Positions 41,438 through 55,240 of a DNA stretch of 64,000 nt are shown here, piece after piece. The position numbers and the translations under genes are program-made. Source of the DNA: Spironucleus salmonicida. Lineage: Eukaryota. The stretch spans positions 1,447,197-1,511,196 of the forward strand of contig NC_090600.1 of assembly GCF_000497125.1 (NCBI RefSeq), written 5' to 3'. Within the stretch, counting starts at the first letter, position 1. Each line of letters begins with the position of its first letter. The notes beneath the pieces were generated by a model, which was given only the letters and a program-made list of their open reading frames with translations, made no database searches and was not told the DNA's origin.

Positions 41438-42991
41438 TCAATCCTCATTAAATAAATCTTCAATTTAGTTTCCAATATTCATTATTTATCCTATTTCAGA
41501 TTAAAAGTTTTCACCTGAGCGCAATGGACCTACCTAGCTTAGTAAAGGATTTACTTTGCTTCTTAAAATTTGCTATATATCTTATTTTTCTATCGTCTTG
41601 AACGGAGTATAATTAAGGCCAGTTAGGGCATGCTAAACGGTATTAGAATACAAAAATTATTGTTATTAGATTTTATTATTATATAAATCTTCTTATATTG
41701 GAAATTCAAATTCATATTCCATTGGAAGACCTTTTTAATTAATAAATTATTCGTAGCTGATAAAATCTTCTAACTAACTACCTTTAATAATACTAAGATC
41801 TCCAAAAACATACCCACCTTATTTTAAACTTATCCATTTACTATCCTAACTTTAGGAAATTTAAACTAGCTGATGTCCTATAAGTTTTTTAATTTTTTAA
41901 TTGCTTATTCCGAAAATAGCTAAAAATGCATGTCCATTCTTTAAATAATTGACATTTTCTTAAGTTAAGTTCATATTTAATCCAACTGAAAAATTGATTT
42001 CAGATACTTAAATATTTTTACTTTTAGTAACAGGAAACGATTTTGAAGTAATTTATTTCTAATCATTTTTAAGGAAATTTCTATTTTGAAATCCTATTAA
42101 AGCTTGCATTTTAGAGTCTGGTTAAAGTGAAAAATTAACATAAATTTATGTAAATTCTTCATCTGATTTGAATGCGAGTTAGGAAATTCTTAAAATAATC
42201 TAAACCAATCCCACTTTTCTAAAATTTTCCATATCATTTAATACAATAATTTTTTAATCCTCAGTTTATACATTGAAATCTGAAGCGTTTGGTTTTAAAG
42301 CCTAGTATTGCTTAATAAGCGTATTGTTTTTATTAATAATGTTTTATTAAAATTCAATCAAATTTTAACCACCTGCAAATAAAATACATTCCAACTACCC
42401 TATAATAAGCCCACCTTGCGTCATAGAGTCTTGTTTATTAGCTTTAATTGAAATATGATACTTTTCTACAACGGAGATAGTTTTTCTAGAATATTTTCTT
42501 TTGTTTTATTCTGTTAATATCATATCATTCAATTAAATTTTAGTTAATATAGGAGCAGTCCCAATTATATATGATTCTCCTTAATCTTATACTTGCAATT
42601 ATGCAGATATCTACTAGATCTCTTAAAAATCAAATAATAATGTAGGATCATCAGTTTGTGTATATGGAGGTTAACATAAACAAATTTTAACATTGTCTAT
42701 AGAATTTGTAGGAGAAAGTGTAACCAAATTATCTGAATAACTAAATTAAGTAATAGCTAAAAGGCATAGAAATGGTACATCTTAATTAGGGATAACTAAA
42801 ACCTTTTACTTCTATAAGTAAATTGGATCTATTTATTATTATTTTGGTACCAATGGTTTTTATTACGAATAAATAGTTTAATTAGTTGCAGCCTATGGAA
42901 CTATTTACTACTAACTATCTTCTGATTGTGAAAGCCTTTATTTTAAAGCCTGCGCCCGCTCCATAATCTTTTTTACAGATTATGTCGACAT
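41438..42991 (-). CDS. Hypothetical protein, possible DENN-like (DENND6/Avl9-type) Rab GEF
   Basis: 517 aa. LVTLSPT....V..CL..PPY..DP.L.F and YIIGT.P resemble DENN core segments. Weak evidence. Confidence 0.5.
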
Positions 42992-43313
42992 TATAAAGTT
43001 TGAAAATACATTAGTATATTAATATAATTTATTAATTATAACTTTTAGCAATAATATTATATACTATATTACATATAAGTATCTATTACTTTTTAGCGTA
43101 AGATGTTAATAACATTGAGATTGTCATGTATGATACCACATTAGCAAAATTTATTATATATAATTAATTTCTATTTATTGTCAAAAAGAGAATATAATTT
43201 AATTGAAAATCATAAAATATAGAATTACATATAAATATTGATAACCGACAGTATTAAAGTATGTTCCTATATTTCTAAACCTAGATAGTTTGGTTTCAGT
43301 ATGAATATAAAAA

Positions 43314-43386
43314 TACCTGTTCTAGGAATCGAACCAAGGACCGACAGAACTTCAGTCTGACGCTCTACCATCTGAGCTAAACAGGC
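43314..43386 (-). tRNA. tRNA-Phe (GAA)
   Basis: GCCTGTTTAGCTCAGATGGTAGAGCGTCAGACTGAAGTTCTGTCGGTCCTTGGTTCGATTCCTAGAACAGGTA has an acceptor stem, D-loop GG, anticodon GAA and GTTCGA T-loop. Confidence 0.96.
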
Positions 43387-43471
43387 TTATAATAATAATA
43401 ATAATTTAATTTAATACATATTAATAATTTCATTGTATTATATTTAATAAAATATTATAGTTTAATTTTAA

Positions 43472-44800
43472 ATGCGCTAAACTAAATTCGTAAAACCTTC
43501 AGAAATACAATTATCCTAATCACTAGAAAAACCACTAAAATAACCACTAAATAAATAAGATACAGTTTTAACTAATGGAGTACCGAATTTTTATAGATAT
43601 TATTCAAAGTAGCAACCGTAAGCCTTTGAAAATTTGATATTCAGTGTAGCAAAGCAACTTCTAGATGGAAAATCTGAGATTACTATAGAATATATTGATA
43701 AATAAAGTATTTAGATACTTATTGATGTTCTTAATTTAGATTTTCCTGAACTGTTACCTTTTACATTATAAACTTATATATTGTAAGGAGAATTTATTAA
43801 AACTTTAGTTTTCTAAAGACCTAATAAATCTGATACATAAAATTATTAAAAATAAATAGAGTCTATAGTCGAATCTTTAATACAACCATTATTAATTCTA
43901 ACTTCTGACTATGATAAATTTCATCATATTTTTAATCTATTAACTTAGTTTTAATGTGCAAATTCTGATAATATTGAATATAATTCAATATTGTGTTTAT
44001 TATCTAAAAAAGCTACCCCGTTAGGAATTTCTAAGGCATTTACTTATTTGTCAAATAAATTAAATATATTTTCAATTGTTAATAAAGCTAAAATAGGCAA
44101 TTGTATCCATTATTTTAATACAATCTTTTAAAATAATTCTTTTTCTAACGTAGATTGTTACATACCAGCATAAACATTATATACTTGTATTAGCTAGTCC
44201 TATTTTTCATTTTCTGACGATTGCATATAGAATATGGCTCTAGCATATAACAAACCTGAATGTTTATCAAATTACTATAATCCTCTTTTTATTTCAGGGT
44301 ATACACCATCTACCGCTTTAGAACTAGGTAAAATAATAGCTAAATCAGTTGATAAGCAATATATTGATATATTTTTAGATCCTAAAGGTAATAAATTAGA
44401 AGATATTCTAATATCAGGATAGTGGTGTAGTAAACGTTACACTGATGCCAAAATAAATATTATGGGACTTAAATTTGATGAATTAAATATTAAGCACTCC
44501 ATTCGATTATATATTTCGCAAGGTGACAATTATTATAGTTTTCCATATGAAATTTCATAGATCAATAATAATGTTATAGAGGAGCTCTAGTAATCTTTTA
44601 TAAAAGTATTCGAATAAAAGTATTATGGTATGTTCATTATTATAGATTTTCATTCAGACTATGAATCAGTAAAAGGTAAAATTCTTTCTGAATTAGGCAA
44701 AATATTTTAAAGCATAAAGAAACTAGGTATATATAAAGATATGGACTAAATTAATTATAGTGGTAATAGTTCTGCATCAGTATTTCTAATTAAATGTTGA
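43472..44800 (+). CDS. Transglutaminase-like superfamily protein, paralog of 39946-41307
   Basis: LDFPEL, KATPLGISKAFTYL and HYFNTIFLNNSFSNVDC. The C-terminus YSGNSSA resembles YAGDASA of the paralog. Confidence 0.7.
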
Positions 44801-44946
44801 TATAGTGATAAATTATATATTAATTGATATATGAATGAAAAAAGCATTTAATTAATAAAAATAACAATATTATTTCAATTACAGTAAATCTATCATTTAT
44901 AAATATACTTTATATTTATTATATATGTATAAAAATTATATGCAGA

Positions 44947-45480
44947 ATGAGTAACGTATAAGACAACTCTTTTCAAGATTTTTATCAAAGACCATATATC
45001 AATGAACCTGAGACTAGTTTAGAATTTAAAAAATTTAAAGATGAGTTATATGTCAAAGTATCTTCCCTTATAGGTACGTATGACTCTATTTAACTTTGTT
45101 CAGAAGAACTTCATAGCTTTCAGTCTAAGAAATTTCTTAAAGGTGAAGTTAAGTAATATACATCTTGGGATTAACAGTAAAATAATAAATTTGCTATTAT
45201 TGTATAAGCAATTGGAGTTAAATCAGTTAGCCCTAAATAAATTTTATATTGTATGGGAGCTAATACATTTACAAGGAAAAATATTGGGAGTAGATTATAA
45301 AAATATAGACTATCTATTGTGAGAGAATATCAACTTGAATCTACAGCTCAGATTTAAAATTGGATGTTTCCTCGTTCCACAAACTCATAGATAATTATGG
45401 ATATAGTATCAAAATGGCATGTAGTATAGTTTGACGGATTTTCAATGTAGGATATATAATAATTTTTATTAATATAGTGA
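44947..45480 (+). CDS. GARP/SHAQKYF-class Myb-like transcription factor
   Basis: SWDQQQNNKFAIIVQAIGVKSVSPKQILYCMGANTFTRKNIGSRLQKYRL matches W....H..F..AV..LG....PK.IL..M....LT..NV.SHLQKYR. Confidence 0.82.
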
Positions 45481-45490
45481 ATAATATTTA

Positions 45491-47218
45491 TCAATCAAAA
45501 ATAGCAGTATTCACATAAGGTAAATTAACTTATTCAAATTTTTTATTGAGTATTTTGCTAATAATTCTTTCTTAAACGTTACAATTTAGTATTTCTGTTT
45601 AGTAAAGATTCTCAAACTTCTCTCCATTAAAAGTTTATAGGCTATGACAGCAACTTATTGCTGCACCAAGTGAATGATTAAATCCATCTTTTATTACTTC
45701 ATCAATTATTACTAAATGTTCTATTGCTTAAAAATAACTTAAAAATAGGAGATGATTAGGTTGTTTTAATCCACAATCCACTAATTTTAAATATTTTACA
45801 CACTGTGATAAATCCTAATTTTCGCTAAAATTCATAAAGTCTAAATCACAGTTATAAAATTCGAGTTTAGAGATGTAGAAAAATGATTCGTCTGTATTAA
45901 TATTAAATCTATCTAAACGTTAAGGTTATATTATATTATCTTATAACATAATTCTGGGTAATGAGAAATAATTCGGATTTATCTCCATTATTCTAGATAA
46001 AATAGGCTACATTTATAAAACATTATCACAATTAACGCTTTCATTCATATTAAAAATATTAATTCCATAAAACTAAAATGTGTACAACTAGTTCAACTAA
46101 ATTAAGTAAAGTTCTAATTGTTCTTTAAATTTTTCGTTTTTATTAGCCCAATTTATCTTTTCTGATAACTTTTATAATGTTTCATTTTTAACATTAGCAT
46201 GCGGAATTATCTATAAATAAGCTTATTATGGTAACGGGCAGGATTAGTTATCTTTCCATAAATTCCATTCATGAAATATAATTTACGGTTATGGGAATAA
46301 AAATCTTTTATCATAGGTCTAATCTTATTCACTATCTTTTGAGTTACATAACTATATTTCACTAGGAAATTTTAATATAGTATCAATCTCAGGTAAAATA
46401 GACTATTTGCGATGTTTATATTTTAAATTTTTATCGTAATCAAATAAAAAATTACTAACTTCATATTCTCCGATTTTAGATACAAACCCACTTTATTTTT
46501 ATTCCATTTACGATATGTTTATCCTTTTATCAATTGAAGAATCCTATCGAATTACAACATTTAGAACAGAATTAAAAGTGCAAATCAGTTAGCTATAAGG
46601 GAAATCAATCTAAGATTGACCAACAAACTAAGCATACAATTCCAATATCTCATAATCACTAAATATAGAAAATTGATTATTGTTAACTTTTATATATTCT
46701 AGCTAGCTTGAATGGAGTAAGCAAACTAGTTAGTTGACAGATTCAAACTAATTATATGAAATATCAATAGATAATAATGAATCTGAAGAAATCTAAATAA
46801 GTTTTAACTTATTATTTGATAAATCTACCTGTATCACTACATTTGAAACTAAAATAAACTCGTCTAATAAATTATTTGCTAAATTAATATAAATACAGGT
46901 TTTTGGAATCTTATAACATGATTTAATCTGATTCTTTGATAAGTCTAGATATTTCAAGTACTTAAAATTATTGCCAGAAAATTCTACTAAATTGTTACCA
47001 CTAACCTTTAAAACCTACAAATTGGGAAATGTAATGTCAAGTTTATATAAATTTTTAAGGCAATTTAGAGATAAATCTAGATAGAGGACTGCTGGAAACG
47101 GACTTTAAGAATAACCAGAAATAATTAAATTTTAGCACAAAATGATAGCTTGGCATGTTTGTTGGGACTAAATTTCATCCAGAGTTTAGATTTTTTACTA
47201 AGACGAATTTAGAATCAT
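45491..47218 (-). CDS. Leucine-rich repeat protein
   Basis: LYLDLSLNCL, LQVLKVSGNNL, LKYLDLSKNQI, INLANNLL, VDLSNNKL and IDISYNQF. Confidence 0.82.
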
Positions 47219-48608
47219 TTTATTATATTTAATATATTAATATAAAATATTAATATGTAATATAAGTAAAAGTATATTATATATATTTTAGTAGCTAAAT
47301 TATTGTTTACTTAATATAACATTAGATATTAATAAATATCAAACTGTCTGATATTTTACCAGTTTAAAAAACTATATATTTATATTATATGAGTTACTAA
47401 AAGTAAAAAGTATATTATTTAATATATATAATAATATATATTTACTAAAATTCAACTATTCACAAAATATAAAAATATAACGTTTTAAAATATTGCTCTG
47501 CTTATTATAGTCTATAATGACACATTTGGATAATTTAAAATTTTGATATTAGATGGTAACTATATGTTGTTTGAGTATAATACAATTTATATCAAAATTA
47601 AGTATTATTATATTTTTAATAATATTTATTGATTAATCTTTACATTTTACTTTAAGAATTACTCTATATAAAATAGTCTTTATCATAATTATTTATATAA
47701 GTTCATAATTTTTGCAATAAATATAATCTGCGATTAATATTCTTAGTTATTTTACTCGGCTAAATCAAACCAAATTTTTTAATTAAGACTATTTGTTTAT
47801 TACTGATATAATGATAATTATATGTTTCTCATTTTAGAGTTTAGCTTTTCAATAAAGTTTATGATTATAATTATTTATGCGAAAGTATTAAGTACATTGA
47901 TTTAGATATAATTTCGTTATGCTATATTAGATTGACTAGGTTTTGAAAAACAGATAAATATATAATTTGTAAACAACTAAACATCTCCACTTGATCTTTT
48001 AGAAAATCAAAAAATACAGAGCTCGTTTGGAGACGTTGGGTTGCTTAATAGTATATATAATTATTAAAACTGGTAAGGATATTTATCTGAACATATTATT
48101 TCTATGTGCATAATCTATATTTAATAATTTAAGGTAACTGTGGTGATATTTAAGTGGTAGTATTTTGAAATAAATAAACAAATGTATAATAATATTTATA
48201 AATTTAACGGACACTTTATATTTTTGAAGATATTCAACGTATGCTACTTTTTATTTGATAAAAATTTATATATCGAATTAGGATTTATATTTTTAAATAG
48301 TGCTTACCTTGTATGATTATAGTTATTGTACTTTATTTACTTAAAATTGCATGTTAAGGTTATATTTTTTAACTAATATCATTTGAATTTTAAATACATT
48401 CAAACATATCATTTACATTATTACTGAATTGGGAAATATTTATAGATTGTTATTAATCTACAGCAATGATTACACATTCATACAAGAGTAGTGTAATTTA
48501 ATTATAATTTTATTTAAAGTAATAATATAATTTTATAAATAATATGCATGCCCTATTTCCCTAATATTTTCATTTTTAAGATTACATAAAATTTATGACT
48601 TAACAAAA

Positions 48609-51600
48609 TCATTACCACTTTGACGTCCCAAAGCTGCTTTGAGATCTCTTGGACTTCCCTTTTTCTCCCAACTGCACACAAACTAACTTTGGCATTTCCA
48701 TAAAACATGAAAGTTTGGCATTGTCTCTAGTTGGAGAGTAAACCTTAGATTTTTCAAGCTAATCTAATCTCTTCTGTTCTTCCACTTCCCAAAATTTTTG
48801 CCATTTTTCTACTTTAATTTGTACAAATGCCTATTTTTCGATGATCTACTGCTGTCTTGAAATCTCTGCTTCTATGTTCTGCTGCTGGAGTTCCTGCTCG
48901 GCTAAAAATTCTGTTTCTCGCTGTAATTAGTATTTTTCTCGCGTCAATCTCGCAATACCCTCTCGCTCTAGTTTCTTAAGTTCCTCTTCTTGAGCTATTT
49001 TCTATAGTGCTTGCTCTCTTGATTTTTGGAGTTTGACCTGTGTCTTTTCAAAATCTTTAGCAAGCTTTTCTCTACGTTATTTAAGATTTTCTTCAAAAAT
49101 CTCATTTTACTCAGGGTTTAGATCGTCTTATATAGACTTGTTTGAAACTGTGTTGAATTTTCTAGTTCTAAGTGGTCTATTGTCGGTTTTAATTTCACGA
49201 ATTGTTGTATATCTTAGTTATTTTTGCTTAGCTTCATTTTCCTTTGCTATACGGTCATTTTCAATCTCTATTAGTTTAATTCTGCGCTGTTCTTCTTTGA
49301 GGTCATTTTGCAGTAGTTATTAGTGTATCTTTTTCTCCTCTAAACGTTGAGTTCTTTCACTTTTTCGTTTTTCTAGTTCTTCCATTTCAGCTTTTCTTCT
49401 AATATTTTCTTAAATCTGCGCCTCTTTTTTAATTAAATTTTGCCTTTCAATTTTTTATAAAATTTCCTATCTTTTTTTTTCTTTTGCTAACTTTTCTTAT
49501 TCTTAGAGTTCTTGTGCTTATGCTCTAGCAATCTACTGTTAGATTTAATCTGACTTTTATTTTACAATTTATTGCTATTTTTTATCTTCTAATTATTTTT
49601 CTTTAACGTTCTTTCTGAATAATAGTTCTTATTAATATCTAGCTACAAATTCCTCCTCCTCCATCTACTGTTTTATTTTTTGTTCTTGCTCGTATTTCAG
49701 TCTTTCTTTCTACTTTTAATCTAACATTTTTCTTTTTTCTTCTAGCTATTCTTTTTCCTTTAATCTAGAAGCCAGTTAAACTTACATTTAATCAGTAAGA
49801 TATTCTTTTGCCTTTAATTTAATTTTAAGAGCATGTAAATGTTATACATCTTTTTCTAATTCTTTCTCAACTATTGTTTCGATATCACTATCAGATAATG
49901 CTTTTTTCTGAGTTTCGTCAATTGTAATCTTCAATAGCGATTTTTCATTATTATTTTTTATCTTGTCAATTAAATTAACCTTCTTAGTAGATAATTCTTC
50001 TTCCTTTTATATAACTAATTTTCTAAGCTATTCTAAAGTAATTTAGTCAGTTTCTCTAGCTTCTTAAAATTTTCTAAGTCTCTCATCACTTTGGATTGCT
50101 TTTTAATCTTTTACATATTGTTATTATTGATTAATCAATTCTTGGTCGACTTATGGTTTCGAAGGTTCCTGTTTAGGCTCTTATTTGATATGATCTACTT
50201 GGATCTGTTATATTTTCGTTTATTCTAAAGGTTTTGGCTCTTTTATAAATACCAATTTTCCTGTCTCTTTTTTCTTATTTTTAGAATCTTTACCTTCGGC
50301 CTATTATTGACTTATACTAGTATTTTCTATTAATTGTTTTCTAGCAGCGTCTTCTCTTAACTTTTTCTATCTCGCTATTTCTTGTTGGACAATTAATTTT
50401 TACTTTTCTTTAATCTTATCCCTTTCTTGCTCCAATTTATTCTTTAAATTTTACGCATCTTAGTCTTTCGTTTATTGAATCAATTATTATTTGTTTAACT
50501 CTTCTTATTTTAGAAGATTTTTTTCTTCTTCATTTAATTTAAGAAGTTCAAACTATTTCTATTTTTTCTACTAGGAAATCTCTTATTTTTTAATTTCCTA
50601 TTTTAATTTTTCTTCTTAAAGTTTATCATAATCTAGTTTATCCTTCTATTTTTACATTAGTTCTTTTTCTTTTTACAATTATATTACTGCTGATTCTTGG
50701 ATCTCTTTTTCTACTTTCTATTTTTCATCCAATAAATTCATACCATTAATGTAAAACTACTATCCAAAAGCATCAAACTAAATTTTCCCATCAGCAATAT
50801 TTAATTCAATACTATGCTAAATAACAGCAAAAGGTTGAAATTTATAAAGGTATAATATTTTTGGTAGATCAACTAATTCCCAAGTTTGGCATCCTTTGAT
50901 CATTAATCGCTTTAATAATGATTTTTCACCATATACTTGATCTTAATCTAGTTTTTCAAAGCTTATACCAATATACTCACTGCTAGTTGTAGAAATTCCA
51001 AATTTTAATGATAATTTATAATCATTTATTTCACATTTGGTTACAAAAACAAAAAGATTTACAGTTCCTTTGTAGTTTTAAAGTTATTGAGCATTTTACA
51101 TAATATTTATATCTAGCTATGTTTCCTCAAACGGTTATTAAAAATGCTTCTTAAGTTAATTCAATGCCACTTGCTTAACTTATGGCACCGTAAACTCAGC
51201 TCCGTTAAAAGATAAGGGTTTGGAGTCTAATGATTATTTCATTATCCAAATAAGCTTACCTGGTAGTTCTAGATTTATATTAAATTTAAAAGGTCTTGAA
51301 ATGTTGCATGATGATTAAAAAATTTAAATATTTTCATTTAAGAACATAAAATTTACATGTACTTAAGTTGCTTTTATTGGGAAATATGCTGTATAATTAA
51401 GCCCTTCTGTTGTAGTAGCTTAAGTTTTAAACTGTACATTAAAAAAGGATGATAAGTCTGAAAGATATGGTGATGTTTTTGGAGATATAGTGAAATTTGA
51501 AGTAAATGTAAGGCATGGTTAATTTTGTTTTTATATAAGCTTAGTCTCACCAATTCGTTAAGTCGCTGAAGTAACATAAACCTGCACTTTATTATAAGTA

Positions 51601-51704
51601 ATAGTTAAATTCTATAATGGAGTTAGTACATTAGATGAATAAGCTTTGTATGTGTCAAATTCAGCAAAATATGGTTGTTCTTATTCTAACTAAAACGAAT
51701 TCAT
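48609..51704 (-). CDS. Large protein with globular N-terminus and long charged coiled coil
   Basis: About 1031 aa. The C-terminal two thirds are E/K/Q/R-rich heptads. Confidence 0.75.
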
Positions 51705-51838
51705 TTTTGCAAAATTACCTAAGATATAGTATTATTTATTATTTAACATAAATTAAAAACATTTATTGTCCTTTCTTATGTACTAATTTAAAGCAATAAT
51801 TGATAAAATATGAACTGATTAAAAAATTTCTTACTGTG

Positions 51839-52745
51839 CGTTCAGAATTAATGGCAGAATAGGCAGTAATCTTTAATGACATGTGGCAGCATTGGGTTAT
51901 AAGCAATGACGAGGCATATATCAAAACTATTTGGAAAACGTCACAACATTAGTTTACACCATAACAATAAAAAATGATTAAACTACTATTTGATTCAAAG
52001 TTAATGTGATAATAAAAATCATACGATGGGCTGCGCTAAAACATAATCGCAATCAAAATCTTTTTCAATGTCACCTTTAACCTTAAGATGATGTTATTAC
52101 TCTACCCATACGAAAAAATAAAAATTTTACCCCTTAGCTTTCATTTCTATCCCATTTACGCCTTCGATTGCCAAATAACCTGAGATTAATTATTACAATA
52201 AATGATCAAAAACACCAGATGGGTTCTCTTTTGCCTAGAATTTAAGACGACGTATTCCTGTATTTTATGCATCTTCAGTTAACGGCTTAATTCCATTTTT
52301 AAAAATTGATACTCCTTATATTTTCAATGAAGCAATATTAATATACCTATAAATTTGTAAAAAGTCTTCAATATTGTCAGTATCTACTATTTATACAAAA
52401 GAATCTGTGTAGTTCATATTGTCAGTTTGCGGAATTTATAACCGAAGAGTTAACATGTCGTCCAGCGTCATTTAATAGAAAAGGTTGAATCTTTTGTTTT
52501 AAGTATATATTAATAAATATATTTTTAAATGAAAATAATTATAGATAGACTAGAATGCGATTTACCTAATCAGCCTAATTCTGACATGCTTATAACAATG
52601 AAAAATGTATTAATGTCTCTTAAAACATAAAGTAATATTGCCTTAGAATTTGAATCAGATTAATATAAAAATTTGGTCATTCTCTCAGTCATCGTTTCAT
52701 ATATTTCCAAGTTAAAGCAAATCTAGGAGTTAGTAATGTCGCATA
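51839..52745. repeat. Direct repeat copy 1 (about 0.9 kb; offset 2712 bp to copy 2)
   Basis: 51844-52745 reads identical to 54556-55457 in the lines compared. A further cgtt match lies just upstream. Confidence 0.95.
52019..52471 (-). CDS. Divergent eIF4E-family protein, copy 1
   Basis: 150 aa. NYTDSF.....DNIEDFLQIY, SIFKNGIKPLTEDAQN, VNGI and FVWV match the eIF4E fold pattern. Confidence 0.75.
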
Positions 52746-54721
52746 TCAATATATATTAACGTGTCTGTTTAACAATACTTGATAGGGATGATATATATTT
52801 TGTATAATCTTCAGTTTATTATTAACATATATTTGATATAGAAAAATTTGTTATTATAGAAAAATTTTTGGAGCTTAAATAAGTTACTATCATTATAACT
52901 ACTAAATTAACGTAGTCCGTCAAGTAATTATCGTAAGATATTAAAAAACTTGGAGTTAAAAATATACCTACAATTTCACTTATATCTAGGCAAAATCTAT
53001 GTTTTTAAACACTGAAAACTAATCTTCTGGATGTGGAAGATTCTCTAGATATTTATTGTAGTTACCTTGTAAAAAATTAATTATGTCAATATAAATCAGA
53101 TAAGCATATTTTATTATAAAAAGATAATTACTCTCGATAGTGTAAATCTTAGATATAGGATATTGATGAATTAGTATAGTTTACTAGAGAAAAATAAATA
53201 TGCCCGTATTATTTTAATCAAAGCTACTTAGAATAAGCAGACATTATTTTCTGCACTTATAAATATTTTTTTGATGAAAGAATTCCGAATATTGCAAAAT
53301 AAAAGTAGATTGTACTAATTATTAATGAATAAAATGATTTTATTTAAACGTGTTGCGACTAGTATAATTTTTAACTTAATATTAAAGATATTTAAAAACT
53401 TATTATAGCAATTAAATAAATTTTAAAAAATGAATATCTACCTATTGTATAATTATTTTAAAATATAATTAAAGTTTAAAGTAAGTTTGTAGATATTTTT
53501 TAATAATCTATTGTTGATGCAAAACTATTTTTTGAACATATCAATTATCCAGTTGATCAAAAAATCATATAATCATTTAAGAACGATAAAAACTTTTACC
53601 TCAATAACAATTTTTACAAGGTGTTAGTGATAAGTCAATTCCCAAAGGACGAACAAGTGTATTTTAAAATTTTAAATTAATCTGGTTAATTAATCATCAC
53701 TTTAGTAGATTCAAAACACGTAATGAAACCGTTTGTAGGTAAATATGCTTCAATTATATTACTATCAGCTAGTTTATAAAAATAACAATTTTTAGAATAT
53801 AATTTTTCAACAACATTCTCAAGTTTAATATATGTTAAAGTTAAATCAAAAAATATCAATATAGTAGAAAAAGTTAATGATTACTTATTAGACGGATCAT
53901 TTTAATATTCGTCTACACCTTGTTATTTAAAACATATATAACTTGTAGTATAATATTTTATTCTGAAGTAATAAAGCAAAGGTTTTGTAATATTCGTTCC
54001 GAGTTACAAATTTTTATCTAACATTACATCATTTATCGAGAAGCTTTAAAAATTTTATACTTTTAATTTGATTATAGATTCAGCAGTAAGTAAGTTTGAC
54101 GAATTAGTTTAATAGTTTCAATACAGTAGTTCACAATAATAAACTATTTTGCTAACAGTATTTAGTGGAAAATTTTAATAAGGAGTATTTTTGGATTTTT
54201 CTTTTGTTTAATTAATTTTATTGGTATCTATCCCGTTTCTACCTATACATGAATTTTAAATTTAAGAAAAAATGAAATATTATGGAGACAGCGGAACATA
54301 CTGGTATCACTGGTAAGCATTTAGTAAACTATAGTAAATTTTTTTTAGAGCATCAGATCAGGTATCCATATTTTTAGTTGACTAACGATACTAACAAATG
54401 AAAACATTGTTAAAAACTCGTTATATACATGTAGTTACATCGTCTATAGTATTTTAAAATACCGATTAATAAATATAATAAACAACATGTTAATCAATAA
54501 ATTTAATTAATACTAAGTAGATGATGATCTAAAAAATTTAATTAAAGAAACGTTTAGAATTAATGGCAGAATAGGCAGTAATCTTTAATGACATGTGGCA
54601 GCATTGGGTTATAAGCAATGACGAGGCATATATCAAAACTATTTGGAAAACGTCACAACATTAGTTTACACCATAACAATAAAAAATGATTAAACTACTA
54701 TTTGATTCAAAGTTAATGTGA
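52529..54721 (+). CDS. XPD/Rad3/DinG-family Fe-S helicase-like protein with degenerate ATPase motifs
   Basis: 730 aa. LISRQNLC, DIDELV......CPYY, ADIIFCTYKYFFD, IILLSASL, GFVIFVPSY, VFSGKFQQG, SIPF and FLVDQRY. Walker A region reads LEFESDQYKN and Walker B reads IINEQND. Confidence 0.85.
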
Positions 54722-54730
54722 TAATAAAAA

Positions 54731-55183
54731 TCATACGATGGGCTGCGCTAAAACATAATCGCAATCAAAATCTTTTTCAATGTCACCTTTAACCTTAAGA
54801 TGATGTTATTACTCTACCCATACGAAAAAATAAAAATTTTACCCCTTAGCTTTCATTTCTATCCCATTTACGCCTTCGATTGCCAAATAACCTGAGATTA
54901 ATTATTACAATAAATGATCAAAAACACCAGATGGGTTCTCTTTTGCCTAGAATTTAAGACGACGTATTCCTGTATTTTATGCATCTTCAGTTAACGGCTT
55001 AATTCCATTTTTAAAAATTGATACTCCTTATATTTTCAATGAAGCAATATTAATATACCTATAAATTTGTAAAAAGTCTTCAATATTGTCAGTATCTACT
55101 ATTTATACAAAAGAATCTGTGTAGTTCATATTGTCAGTTTGCGGAATTTATAACCGAAGAGTTAACATGTCGTCCAGCGTCAT
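54731..55183 (-). CDS. Divergent eIF4E-family protein, copy 2
   Basis: Same sequence as 52019-52471 at +2712. Confidence 0.75.
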
Positions 55184-55240
55184 TTAATAGAAAAGGTTGA
55201 ATCTTTTGTTTTAAGTATATATTAATAAATATATTTTTAA

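Noticed and set aside
47219-48608. Protein-coding ORFs in the AT-rich gap
   Set aside because: The open frames are low-complexity I/Y/N/K/F-rich with no recognisable motif and cannot be supported.
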